From positions 71,588-120,658 of the forward strand of contig JAMCQZ010000008.1 of NCBI GenBank assembly GCA_023380305.1: a stretch of 49,071 nucleotides of DNA, read 5' to 3'. This DNA comes from Patescibacteria group bacterium. GTDB taxonomy: Bacteria; Patescibacteriota; Minisyncoccia; UBA6257; Colwellbacteraceae. Numbering within the stretch: position 1 is the stretch's first letter; each line of letters opens with the position of its first letter. Both the position numbers and the translations under genes were made by a program. Below the pieces are notes generated by a model that saw nothing but the letters and a program-made list of their open reading frames with translations, searched no databases and was not told where the DNA came from. Of the stretch, positions 9,150-19,462 are shown one piece after another.

Positions 9150-9728
9150 CTAAATTTTAAGCTTCGGCCACCAAAAAGAATATTTCAGCCAAAACTCAAT
9201 AATCAGTATAACAAATAAAGCTATCGGAAACCATAAATTATAGAAGGACAATCGGCTTTTTTTTCGCGAAAACGCTAAAACGATCAGATGATAAACAACG
9301 TAAGCAAACAGCGCGACCGGAATGTAGACAAGCCAGGAGGGGTAGCTCATGGCAACGACGCTGATCGGCGCGAAATAGACTTCCTCTTTTTCAAAAAAGC
9401 GCTCCCCGGACCGCCCGTTCATCAAGGAAAAAACGCCGAGGATCGCGATAGCCGCGAGAAAAGCGATGATAACCGGCGCAAAAAACCTGGAGAAGGCGTA
9501 AAACAGGAAATAATCCAAAGATTGATAGGGCGGCAGGACGTATTGCATGACCGAAGGCACATTTTTCCAGTTGAGGTATAAAGCCGACGAACGACAGAAA
9601 GCGGTCGCGAACATCAAAGCCGACACCGACCAAAACACCGCCTTAAAGTTTTTAAAACCAGGCCGCCATTTGAGAGCGGCCTGGTTTAAAGTCACGATTG
9701 CCAGACTTTCGACGAAAAGAAGAGACAT
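9150..9728 (-). CDS. Multi-pass membrane protein, possibly a degenerate prepilin-peptidase-like fold
   Basis: About 5 hydrophobic helices. It lies between the major pilin and pilB, with its stop directly abutting the pilB ATG. Confidence 0.6.
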   Translation of the reverse strand: MSLLFVESLAIVTLNQAALKWRPGFKNFKAVFWSVSALMFATAFCRSSALYLNWKNVPSVMQYVLPPYQSLDYFLFYAFSRFFAPVIIAFLAAIAILGVFSLMNGRSGERFFEKEEVYFAPISVVAMSYPSWLVYIPVALFAYVVYHLIVLAFSRKKSRLSFYNLWFPIALFVILIIEFWLKYSFWWPKLKI

Positions 9729-9731
9729 CTG

Positions 9732-10304
9732 CTACCGGGTGAGCGAAGTGCCTACTTCATAGAAGGTGGCTTGGTCTCCGCCGTCCTTGCCATCATAGTC
9801 CAGGGTGGTCAAATACTTCGTGCTCTGGAATTTGGCGTCAAACTCGAAAGTGAGATCGGTATTGCTGCAAGCGTAACGATAGACATAATCGGTGCTGTTT
9901 GTCGGATCAATCGGCAATGACGGGATCGGCGATCCGCCGGCAAGGCCGGCAAAGTTAATCGGAACCCAACCGGTTCCATCAACCGTCCTGTCGGCATCAA
10001 CCAATCCAGCCGCGATCGATTTGGCAAAGCTGCCAGTCGTTACCGCGACATTGCTCAAGCCTTTGGAAGCGGCAGCCGCAGCGTCGGAACAACCGACAAC
10101 GGCGCCGTCCAGATCCGGACTGTCGCTATTAGCTATATAAATACCGACCGTATTCTTTAAGGTTTCCAAGTCTGTAACTCTCTGGGTATCCCTCGCCTGA
10201 GCCAACATCTCCGCCGGGTTCAAGACGACCAAAGTAGCCGTGGAAAGCACTGCCAGAATCGCAATCACAATAAGCAACTCGACTAACGTGAATCCCTTCT
10301 TCAT
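9732..10304 (-). CDS. Type IV pilin (probable major pilin)
   Basis: MKKG|FTLVELLIVIAILAVL...LNP..MLAQARD.QR..DL. It has its own promoter and an A-rich leader. Confidence 0.92.
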   Translation of the reverse strand: MKKGFTLVELLIVIAILAVLSTATLVVLNPAEMLAQARDTQRVTDLETLKNTVGIYIANSDSPDLDGAVVGCSDAAAAASKGLSNVAVTTGSFAKSIAAGLVDADRTVDGTGWVPINFAGLAGGSPIPSLPIDPTNSTDYVYRYACSNTDLTFEFDAKFQSTKYLTTLDYDGKDGGDQATFYEVGTSLTR

Positions 10305-10357
10305 AAAAACGTTGTATATAGTTTTTTACGACTTTTTATTGATTTTTATTGATTTTC

Positions 10358-10401
10358 ATTATACCACACCAGGCCTGCCGGCGCTTAATCCGTGTGGATA
10401 A
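10358..10401 (-). promoter_or_regulatory. Pilus operon promoter: extended -10 with an upstream DnaA-box 9-mer
   Basis: TGG-TATAAT (-10 at 10358-10363). A perfect TTATCCACA lies at 10393-10401 on the minus strand. Confidence 0.55.
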
Positions 10402-10402
10402 G

Positions 10403-10777
10403 TCAAATCCCAACGAAACTTTTGATCTTCGAAACTAGGTCATCGATAGAGGTCTGGGCTTTGATAAAATAGTCGATGGCCCCGAGCGACCGGCCCTTGG
10501 CCACGTCCGCATCCTGGCCAAGATTCGAAATAATCACCACCGGGCCGTGTTTTAAAAGAGGGTTCTGCTGGAGATTCTCCATCACTTCGAAACCCATTTT
10601 TTTAGGCAAAATCAAATCCAGCAAAATCAGGTCCGGCACCGCGGTTTTTAACACCTCCAAGGCGGCTTCTCCGTCTTCGACGTGGATAACGTTAATACCC
10701 TCCTTCTCCAGGCGGGTTTTTAAAAGGGAGGACAGAAATTTGTCATCCTCCACCAGCAAAACATTCTTAGTATTCAT
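10403..10777 (-). CDS. Stand-alone response regulator receiver domain protein
   Basis: Motifs VLLVEDD, PDLILLDLILP (phospho-Asp), IISN and DYFIK. No output domain. Confidence 0.93.
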   Translation of the reverse strand: MNTKNVLLVEDDKFLSSLLKTRLEKEGINVIHVEDGEAALEVLKTAVPDLILLDLILPKKMGFEVMENLQQNPLLKHGPVVIISNLGQDADVAKGRSLGAIDYFIKAQTSIDDLVSKIKSFVGI

Positions 10778-10837
10778 CGGATTAATCGAGCGGAAACTGG
10801 CAGTCCGCTTTTAATGATGATTATAGCCGTTTGAAGA

Positions 10838-10865
10838 CAAAAAGTAAACCTCTATCAGGTTTTAC
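10838..10865 (-). terminator. Putative intrinsic terminator downstream of the 16S gene
   Basis: Minus-strand hairpin with an AACCT/AGGTT core around a GATAG loop, followed by TTTTT. Confidence 0.5.
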
Positions 10866-10873
10866 GGCAAGCA

Positions 10874-10898
10874 AGTAAAAAACTTTTTTAGTTGTCCC
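10874..10898 (-). repeat. 3' arm of the 16S precursor processing stem (pairs with 12574-12598)
   Basis: AGTAAAAAACTTTTTTAGTTGTCCC is a near-perfect inverted repeat of GGGACAACTAAAAAAATCTTTTACT upstream of the 16S gene. Confidence 0.75.
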
Positions 10899-10968
10899 GG
10901 TGGATATTAACCTTCATATCCGATGGTGTCGTGACTTGAGGCTCCACGACCAAAACCTTGTATCTTGT

Positions 10969-12476
<1,508 letters not shown>

Positions 12477-12573
12477 GAGATTTAACAGGTTTTTACGCGG
12501 ATTTACGCAGAAGCGCTTTCCGCGGAAATCCGCATAGTCTAATCGTTTAGACAAACCTGTTTAATCCAGATTT

Positions 12574-12598
12574 GGGACAACTAAAAAAATCTTTTACT
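12574..12598 (-). repeat. 5' arm of the 16S precursor processing stem
   Basis: Inverted complement of 10874-10898. Confidence 0.75.
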
Positions 12599-12671
12599 GT
12601 GTTGTTTTGACTTATAGTCAAATATATTACTCGCTGAATTGGTAAAAAACCGTCCAAAATACCGTGCTACT

Positions 12672-12700
12672 ATAATAGAGGCCCGGAAGCGGCTTGTCAA
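12672..12700 (-). promoter_or_regulatory. Sigma70-type promoter of the 16S gene
   Basis: TTGACA (12695-12700), 17-nt spacer, TATTAT (12672-12677). Confidence 0.75.
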
Positions 12701-12713
12701 GCCATTAATTCTC

Positions 12714-12722
12714 TGATATTCT
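12714..12722 (+). promoter_or_regulatory. Extended -10 promoter for probably leaderless rpmE
   Basis: TG-A-TATTCT, then exactly 7 nt, then the ATG at 12730. Confidence 0.55.
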
Positions 12723-12729
12723 AGCTTTT

Positions 12730-13047
12730 ATGAAGAAAGACATCCACCCGAAATATTTCCCGGGCGCCACCGTCACCTGCGCCTGTGGCAAGACATTTAA
12801 GATCGGCGGCACTCTGGAAAAAGCCGAAATCGAAATCTGCAGCAGCTGTCATCCTTTTTACACCGGCCAGGAAAAACTTTTGGATACTGCCGGACGCGTC
12901 GAGAAATTCAAGGCTAAAAGGGCCAAAGCCGAAGCCAGCTCGAAGAAAGTCAGAAAAGTCAGAGTGAAAAAAGCGGCCGCGGAAAAGACGGTCAAGCCCA
13001 AAGCCAAAGCGAAGACCGCGACAAAGAGAAAGACGGCCAAAAAATAA
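12730..13047 (+). CDS. rpmE: 50S ribosomal protein L31 (Zn-binding type) with a Lys/Ala-rich tail
   Basis: [34 protein letters not shown]. Confidence 0.96.
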   Translation: MKKDIHPKYFPGATVTCACGKTFKIGGTLEKAEIEICSSCHPFYTGQEKLLDTAGRVEKFKAKRAKAEASSKKVRKVRVKKAAAEKTVKPKAKAKTATKRKTAKK

Positions 13048-13052
13048 ACTTC

Positions 13053-13081
13053 AAAAAAACCCGCCTCATCGGCGGGTTTTT
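13053..13081. terminator. Bidirectional intrinsic terminator between rpmE and prfA
   Basis: AAAAAAACCCGCC-TCATC-GGCGGGTTTTT. Confidence 0.85.
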
Positions 13082-13086
13082 GTTTT

Positions 13087-13818
13087 CTAAGACTGACCCT
13101 TCTTCTTTCCAAAAGCTTCGACGATCTTATCCATATCGCCCTCCATAATCTTTTCTATGTTATGGAAGGACTTGTTCAAGCGATGGTCGGTGATCCGATC
13201 CTGGGGAAAATTGTAGGTGCGGACTTTTTCCGAACGTTCAGCCGAACCGATCTGCTCCCGCCGCAACTCAGAGACCTCGCCAACGGCCTCTTTTTGTTTC
13301 TGCTCGTAAAGCTTGGCCCGCAAAGCCTCCATCGCCCGCTCTTTGTTGGCGTACTGGCTCCGCTCCACCTGGGAAGCGACAATGATACCAGTCGGTCTGT
13401 GGGTAATCCTCACGGCCGTCTCCACCTTGTTGACGTTCTGGCCGCCGGGACCGGAGGAGCGGAAAAAAACAATATCGAGATCGCCGGGATTCACCTGCAC
13501 TTGGCCCGGATCAACGATAGGGAGCACGGCTACCGAAGCCGTCGAGGTGTGAACGCGGCCGGATTTTTCGGTTTTCGGCACCCTTTGGACGCGATGGACG
13601 CCGGACTCGTTTTTAAAAATATCGTAAACATCCGGCCCCTGGATCTGGGCGACCAGACTTTTGACGCCATAAAGCGAAGTGGCGTTCGAATCGAGCACAT
13701 CAAACTTGAAGCCCCTTCTGGCGGCGAAACGCTGATACATTCTCGCCAGATCACCGGCAAAAATAGCCGCTTCGTCTCCGCCGGCGCCGGCCCTGATTTC
13801 AAGCAAAATCTTATTCAT
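13087..13818 (-). CDS. prfA: Peptide chain release factor 1, lacking N-terminal domain 1
   Basis: EIRAGAGGDEAAIF, ESGVHRVQRVPKT (the RF1 PxT motif), SSGPGGQNVNK and RTYNFPQDRITDHR. Only 243 aa long. Confidence 0.9.
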   Translation of the reverse strand: MNKILLEIRAGAGGDEAAIFAGDLARMYQRFAARRGFKFDVLDSNATSLYGVKSLVAQIQGPDVYDIFKNESGVHRVQRVPKTEKSGRVHTSTASVAVLPIVDPGQVQVNPGDLDIVFFRSSGPGGQNVNKVETAVRITHRPTGIIVASQVERSQYANKERAMEALRAKLYEQKQKEAVGEVSELRREQIGSAERSEKVRTYNFPQDRITDHRLNKSFHNIEKIMEGDMDKIVEAFGKKKGQS

Positions 13819-13872
13819 AATAACGTCAATAAATTAACACAAATTCCCCAAAACGCCAATAATTTGGAGAGG

Positions 13873-15120
13873 TTATGGGTTCCAATAGACGATCTCGACT
13901 CCGTCCACCCAAATTCGGCCCTCAGCTCCGCCGCCCGTACCATAAATATAGAAGGTAACGCCATGAGTTAGAAGCTCCCAATCGGAAGTTATCGTAAACT
14001 CGCCGGTGATTTCGGTCCATTCGTTGGTCCGCGACAATAACTGATAAGTGGTGCCGCCGCCGCCTGCAAACGTGTTTGTCCCGAGAGAAATCGAATAATG
14101 GTAGAGTCCGAAATATGGATATTTGTCCGCCACGCTCTTTTTGGCGAGGAATCGGACCCGAACCTTGGTGCCCGCTGTCCAACCCTTGGAAACACCCGGC
14201 GTTGACCAACTTTGGTTCACGCCGAGCCAGCGGTGGCAATAACCATAGGCGCAATTCTCGTCGATATATTCAAGACAGCCGCTGTTGTTCAAGCCGCAGC
14301 TCGGATTGGCGTGCGCGTGATAACCGATATTCGGAGAGGAAACGCCGCTGTTGTAACCGGGGCTCCAAGCCGTAGCCGGCCGGTAATCGCCGTTTAAAAT
14401 CCCGTCCCAACCAGGACTGTAGCCGGAAACCAGATTGTCGATCTGTCCGTTCGCGACGATGTTGGCCGAAGTCGCGAGAGTCATGTTTGTGCCGACCTCG
14501 TAAAGGAAGACGTCTGTTCCATTATCCTTGACGGTTACGAGGCTATCTCCGGCCGGCCGGTAAGTGGCCGACTCCATTTCCGTCGATAGTTTATACGACC
14601 CTCCCTCCACAAAACTGTAGTAATAGGAAGCGTTGTTTGCCGGATCAACAGGCAAGACAGCGATAGGAGAACCTCCGGGAATGGAATTGAAGTTCACCGG
14701 TATCCAGCCTGTTCCGTCCACCTTCTTCAGGTTTGCTGTGGAAACGCAATGATAGCTGTAGCCGGAAGGAAGATCCGGGAGGCTGTAGGAAGAGCAATCT
14801 GGATTTGTGTCGGGCAAAGAAAGGTAGATGTTCTGCGGGTTTCCGTAGAGCTCCGACACCTGGGTGGTGTACGAGGTGAAAAGCTGGCTCAACGTCTTCA
14901 TATCGGCTAGCCTTTCCGAGTCCCTGGCTTGTTTCAAGAGCTCGGCCGGCCTCAACACGAGAACGGTGATTCCTCCCATGATTCCGAGGATCCCTATGAC
15001 AAGGAGGAGCTCGACGAGGGTGAAGCCCTGTTCCAGACTGCGATTTTGGGACGGGAAGAAAGAGAACGGCTGGAAAGCGGCCTTTCGGCCGAAACAAAAT
15101 CGCATCTGAGACAAAAGCAT
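13873..15120 (-). CDS. Type IV pilin paralog with a C-terminal beta-sandwich (carbohydrate-binding-like) extension
   Basis: QG|FTLVELLLVIGIL...RP.ELLKQARD. The core shares VDGTGW(I/V)P.NF..GGSPI..LP.DP and YEVGT with the pilin at 9732-10304, then adds about 200 residues. Exact start uncertain. Confidence 0.8.
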   Translation of the reverse strand: MLLSQMRFCFGRKAAFQPFSFFPSQNRSLEQGFTLVELLLVIGILGIMGGITVLVLRPAELLKQARDSERLADMKTLSQLFTSYTTQVSELYGNPQNIYLSLPDTNPDCSSYSLPDLPSGYSYHCVSTANLKKVDGTGWIPVNFNSIPGGSPIAVLPVDPANNASYYYSFVEGGSYKLSTEMESATYRPAGDSLVTVKDNGTDVFLYEVGTNMTLATSANIVANGQIDNLVSGYSPGWDGILNGDYRPATAWSPGYNSGVSSPNIGYHAHANPSCGLNNSGCLEYIDENCAYGYCHRWLGVNQSWSTPGVSKGWTAGTKVRVRFLAKKSVADKYPYFGLYHYSISLGTNTFAGGGGTTYQLLSRTNEWTEITGEFTITSDWELLTHGVTFYIYGTGGGAEGRIWVDGVEIVYWNP

Positions 15121-15128
15121 GATGCCGG

Positions 15129-16127
15129 TTACTTCCGACGCAAAACTTTTTTAACCGCCTTTTCGATATGGTTCGAAGCCATGCCGTATTTTTTGATAAG
15201 TTCCTCGCCTTCTCCGGATTCGCCGAAAACATCTCGCACACCCACGAACTCCATCGGAGTCGGATTTTCTTCGGACAAAAGCTCGGCGATGGCTCCGCCG
15301 AGACCTCCGGCGATTTGGTGTTCCTCCACTGTAACCACCGCTCCGGATTTCTTGGCCGCAGCGACGATCTGCCGGCTGTCTAAAGGCTTGATCGAGTGAC
15401 AATTAATAACCAACGTTTGGATTTTTTCTTTTTCGAGCGCTTTGGCGGCCAAAAGGCATTGATAAACAAGCTGCCCGCAGCCGATAATGGCGACATCGGG
15501 TTTTTTATTATTTTGGGGCAGCCAGAAAATATCGGCTTTTCCAGGAATAAAAGGCGTTTCCTCGGTCGTCATAACAACCGATGGATTCCTCGAGAATCGC
15601 AGATAAATCGGACCCCAGATTTTCGCGGCGGCGACGGTAATCTTTTTGGCCTCGATCGCGTCGCAGGGCGCGAAAACTTTCATATTCGGCAGGCTCCGCA
15701 TCAAGGCGATATCTTCGGTCGCCTGGTGTGTCGCTCCGTCCGCGCCGGTGGAGACTCCGGCATGGTGCCCGGCGATTTTAACGTTCGAATCGTTGTAACA
15801 GATGGTTGTCCGAATCTGCTCCCAGTTACGGCCCGGAGAGAAAACAGCGTAGGAAGAGACGAACGGTATTTTTCCGCTCACGCCGAAACCGGCGGCGATC
15901 GAAACCATATCCTGTTCGGCCACGCCGACTTCGAAAAATCTTTCCGGATATTTTTTGGCGAAGGCCTCGGCCCGAGTCGATTCCTCGAGATCGGCCGAAA
16001 GGGCGACCACGTCGCTATTTTCCAATCCAATTTCCAAAAGCCCCTCGCCATAACCGTCCCTCAAGGCCGCCTTTTTGGGCGTTTCGCTGAAAATGTCAGG
16101 GTTAAGATGCAGCTCGGGGTTTAGCAT
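15129..16127 (-). CDS. Transketolase, C-terminal (pyrimidine-binding) subunit
   Basis: Motifs ADLEEST, EVGVAEQ, EQIR, GADGATHQATED and TVEEHQIAGGLG. Confidence 0.93.
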   Translation of the reverse strand: MLNPELHLNPDIFSETPKKAALRDGYGEGLLEIGLENSDVVALSADLEESTRAEAFAKKYPERFFEVGVAEQDMVSIAAGFGVSGKIPFVSSYAVFSPGRNWEQIRTTICYNDSNVKIAGHHAGVSTGADGATHQATEDIALMRSLPNMKVFAPCDAIEAKKITVAAAKIWGPIYLRFSRNPSVVMTTEETPFIPGKADIFWLPQNNKKPDVAIIGCGQLVYQCLLAAKALEKEKIQTLVINCHSIKPLDSRQIVAAAKKSGAVVTVEEHQIAGGLGGAIAELLSEENPTPMEFVGVRDVFGESGEGEELIKKYGMASNHIEKAVKKVLRRK

Positions 16128-16129
16128 GA

Positions 16130-16477
16130 TTATTCTTCGTCTTTTTTACCGACGGCCAGCCGCCAATGATAAATATAAAGCGGCGCTCCGACGATGAGCA
16201 TCGCCAGGGCGTCGGCGGCTTCCCTCTCGCGCTGCTGCTTCAGCTGACGCCGGTTGAAAGCGGCTATTTCTTCCGGATCCGGCTCGACGTACCCGCCGTC
16301 TTTTGTCTCCGATGTCGGTTTGGCCGAAGGATAACTGTAATACTGGTCGGCCGCGGTAAAAACCAGCGCCTTCAACCCGAGATTCACGAGCTTGACCGAA
16401 GCGACGACGATAAGAACCAATCCGATGAGGGAAAAGAGATAAAGGTAGACGATTTTAACGATTTTTACGATGTTCAT
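16130..16477 (-). CDS. Small two-TM membrane protein (DUF5671-like)
   Basis: Pattern YLYLFSLIGLVL...ALAMLIVGAPLYIYHW. Confidence 0.7.
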   Translation of the reverse strand: MNIVKIVKIVYLYLFSLIGLVLIVVASVKLVNLGLKALVFTAADQYYSYPSAKPTSETKDGGYVEPDPEEIAAFNRRQLKQQREREAADALAMLIVGAPLYIYHWRLAVGKKDEE

Positions 16478-16485
16478 GCGATATT

Positions 16486-17340
16486 TTAATCAATTTGAAT
16501 TTTGCCGCCGAGCGACCGAAGCTCTTTCAAGGCGGCCATGGCCTCGTCTCTGGTCGGCGGTTTGCCGTGCCAAAGATAATTGTTTTCCATAAAGCTCACT
16601 CCTTTTCCAGGAATGGTGTGGCAGATAATCAAGGTCGGTTTCTCATAAATCGCCTTGGCCTCGTTTACGGCGTCGACGATTTCTTCGATACTATGACCGT
16701 TGATTTCCAAAACATGCCAGTTGAAAGCCTCATATTTCTGCCTCAGGGGTTCGAGCGGCATGATATCCTCGGTAAATCCGTCTATCTGAATATTGTTCCG
16801 GTCCATCAAAACAGTGAGGTTGTTCAATTTCCTCTTGGCCGCGAACATAACCGACTCCCAATGGTTGCCTTCGTCTTGCTCTCCATCGGAAACAAAACAA
16901 TAGATGCGGTATTTTTTCTGATCGAGTTTGGCAGCTAAAGCCATGCCTATGGACTGGCCCAATCCCGACCCCAAAGGACCGGAGGTTGTCTCAAGTCCAG
17001 GCAACGATTGCCTGTGCGGATGGCCTTGGAGTCGGGATCCGAGCTTACGCAGAGTGTTCAACTCATCGAGCGGGAAATAGCCGGCGTAGGCCATGGCCGC
17101 ATAGCGTACAGGGCAGATATGGCCGTTTGAAAGAACCAGGCGGTCGCGATCCGACCACTCCGGTTCTTCGGGTCGGTGGTTTAAAATATGAAAATAAAAC
17201 GCCGAGAAGACGTCGGCCATACCCAGAGGACCGGCCGAGTGTCCGGAGCCGGCTTCGTAGAGCATCTTGACGACGCTTTCGCGGATTTCGTTCGCCCGCT
17301 TCTCCAAAAACTTTATTTTTTCATCGGTCAATTCAAGCAT
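16486..17340 (-). CDS. Transketolase, N-terminal (TPP-binding) subunit
   Basis: Motifs AGSGHSAG, RDRLVLSNGH, LQGHP, GPLGSG, SDGEQDEG and TIPGKG. Start moved to MLELT (17340). Confidence 0.93.
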   Translation of the reverse strand: MLELTDEKIKFLEKRANEIRESVVKMLYEAGSGHSAGPLGMADVFSAFYFHILNHRPEEPEWSDRDRLVLSNGHICPVRYAAMAYAGYFPLDELNTLRKLGSRLQGHPHRQSLPGLETTSGPLGSGLGQSIGMALAAKLDQKKYRIYCFVSDGEQDEGNHWESVMFAAKRKLNNLTVLMDRNNIQIDGFTEDIMPLEPLRQKYEAFNWHVLEINGHSIEEIVDAVNEAKAIYEKPTLIICHTIPGKGVSFMENNYLWHGKPPTRDEAMAALKELRSLGGKIQID

Positions 17341-17980
17341 TGGATAAATCGAAATAGGCCTGGGCCGGGTCTCCGGCGTCGAAAATATAAGAACCCGAAA
17401 GAGCGACATCGGCTCCGGCTTCACGGATGGATTTGACGGTGTCCATATTGACGCCGCCGTCAACCATAATGGTTACGTCCGGCGCCGCCCACTTGATTTC
17501 CCTGATTTTGTCGAGAACCGTTGTCTGAAAAACCTGGCCGGAGAGTCCCGGATCGACGCCCAAAATCAGAAGCTTTTTGAAATCGTCGACGTAACCGAGC
17601 GCCGTCCGGCTTGAAGTCTCCGGGGAAACGGCGATCACTGCTTCGGCGTTGTAATGATCACAAAGGTCTTTAAAAAAGTCCCTGTCGGCCAACGCCTCGA
17701 GATGGACCGCCACTTCGCTGGCTCCGTTACGCAGCCATCTTTCAACCGATGATTCCGGTTTATCCACCATGAGATGGACCGCCACCCGAAGCGTGCTGTC
17801 ATAAGCGTCCATCATCGGCTTTAAATCGTCGGCATCGTTCCAGGTGATGTTTTTGGTGAACGTCCCATCGGCAATGTCAAAATGAAGCGTTCCTCCCTGC
17901 GGCAGAAAAGTTTTCGCGGTCTGGATCCTCCTTTCAACACAAGAAAGATTTTCGCAATTGATGGCTGGAAAAATTTGCAT
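17333..17980 (-). CDS. rpe: Ribulose-phosphate 3-epimerase
   Basis: Motifs HFDIADG.F, VHLMV, PGLSGQ, VDGGVN and SGSYIF. Confidence 0.92.
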   Translation of the reverse strand: MQIFPAINCENLSCVERRIQTAKTFLPQGGTLHFDIADGTFTKNITWNDADDLKPMMDAYDSTLRVAVHLMVDKPESSVERWLRNGASEVAVHLEALADRDFFKDLCDHYNAEAVIAVSPETSSRTALGYVDDFKKLLILGVDPGLSGQVFQTTVLDKIREIKWAAPDVTIMVDGGVNMDTVKSIREAGADVALSGSYIFDAGDPAQAYFDLSNA

Positions 17981-17986
17981 TTTATT

Positions 17987-18445
17987 TTACATCCCCAAGG
18001 ATGATTCAATGTCTTTTATTTTCTGGATCCTCCTTCGGTGTTTTTCCTCTCCGGAAAAAGGCGTCTGGAGCCAGACGGAAACGATCTTTTTCGAGGTCTG
18101 GTCGTCCGTGATGTCGGCCGCCAAAGAGAGCACATTCGTGTCGTCGTCGTTGCGGCTCATATAGGCCTGGTCCGGGCTCGTAATGAGCGCCGAGCGGATA
18201 TTTTTGAATTTGTTCGCCACCACGTCGACGCCCACTCCGGAGCCGCAGACGAGAATGCCCCGACGGTTATCCGGATCGATGGCCGCTTCCTTGGACAGTT
18301 TGGCGGCGAAATCGGGATAATCGTCGTTCGGATCCAAGACAGCATTGCCCTCGTCGACCACCGTATAGCCGAGGTCTTTCAAAAAGACCTTCAGGGATTC
18401 CTTCAAGTTGAACCCGCGGTGATCCGCGCCGATATAGATGACCAT
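17987..18445 (-). CDS. rpiB: Ribose-5-phosphate isomerase B
   Basis: Motifs IGADHRG, DDYPD, GILVCGSGVG, ANK and NVLSL. Confidence 0.93.
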   Translation of the reverse strand: MVIYIGADHRGFNLKESLKVFLKDLGYTVVDEGNAVLDPNDDYPDFAAKLSKEAAIDPDNRRGILVCGSGVGVDVVANKFKNIRSALITSPDQAYMSRNDDDTNVLSLAADITDDQTSKKIVSVWLQTPFSGEEKHRRRIQKIKDIESSLGM

Positions 18446-18448
18446 AAT

Positions 18449-19459
18449 TTAGATTTTCACTTTTTTGACGTGTTTCAAAAGCACCGAGCCATACCCCCAC
18501 TCGTTGTCGTACCAAGAAAGCACTTTGACGAGATTCCCATCGATCACCTTGGTAAAAGTAAGATCGACGATGGCAGCGTAAGGCGAACCGACAATATCCG
18601 AGGAAACGATCGGCTCGCTCGTCGCCGCAAGCACTCCCTGCCATTGCGGCATCGCCGCCGCGTCCATCAAAATCTGGTTTATCTCTTCAGCCGTGGTCGG
18701 ACGCTTGGAAATAAAAGTAATGTCGGCGATGGATCCGACGACCGTGGGCACGCGCATCGAAATGCCGTCGAATTTTCCGGCTAAATCCGGAAAGGCCCGG
18801 GTAACGGCCAGGGCGGCGCCGGTGGTCGAAGGCACGATGTTGTCGGCGGCCGCTCGGCCGCGGCGCCAATCGCTCCCCTTCACTGCTCCGTCAACCAGCG
18901 ACTGGGTGGCGGTATACGAATGGACCGTGTTCAAAATGGCTTTTTCGATGCCGGGGTTTTGGGCCAAGACCGCGATCACCGGCGAAGCGGCGTTTGTGGT
19001 GCAGCTTCCATTCGAAGTGATAATCGCCGCCTCGAAATCCGGCTCATTCACCCCCACCAGGACGGTTTTCGCATCTCCGGAATCGGCGTCTTTAGCCGGG
19101 GCGGTTAAAACCACCCTTTTGGCGCCGGAAGCGATATGCTGTCTCGCCAGTTCGAAAGATTCGAAAACGCCTGTCGCCTCGACGACAATATCGATATTCA
19201 AATCTTTCCACGGCAATTCCGCCGGATTTTTTATCTGAAAGAATTTTATTTCCTTTCCGTCGATAAGAAGCGAGGTCCCGCTCGTCTTGATGTCTTTGTT
19301 GAAAAGTCCATAGACCGAATCGAACTTCAAAAGATAGGCGAGGTTTTCCAGGTTGCCCAGGTCGTTGATCGCCGCCACCTCTATCTCCGGATCCAAGATG
19401 GCCTGCCGGAAAAACAAACGGCCGATGCGGCCGAAGCCGTTGATAGCTATGCGTTTCAT
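18449..19459 (-). CDS. gap: Type I glyceraldehyde-3-phosphate dehydrogenase
   Basis: Motifs AINGFGRIGR, SNGSCTTN, RVPT and WYDNEWGY. Confidence 0.97.
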   Translation of the reverse strand: MKRIAINGFGRIGRLFFRQAILDPEIEVAAINDLGNLENLAYLLKFDSVYGLFNKDIKTSGTSLLIDGKEIKFFQIKNPAELPWKDLNIDIVVEATGVFESFELARQHIASGAKRVVLTAPAKDADSGDAKTVLVGVNEPDFEAAIITSNGSCTTNAASPVIAVLAQNPGIEKAILNTVHSYTATQSLVDGAVKGSDWRRGRAAADNIVPSTTGAALAVTRAFPDLAGKFDGISMRVPTVVGSIADITFISKRPTTAEEINQILMDAAAMPQWQGVLAATSEPIVSSDIVGSPYAAIVDLTFTKVIDGNLVKVLSWYDNEWGYGSVLLKHVKKVKI

Positions 19460-19462
19460 GGC

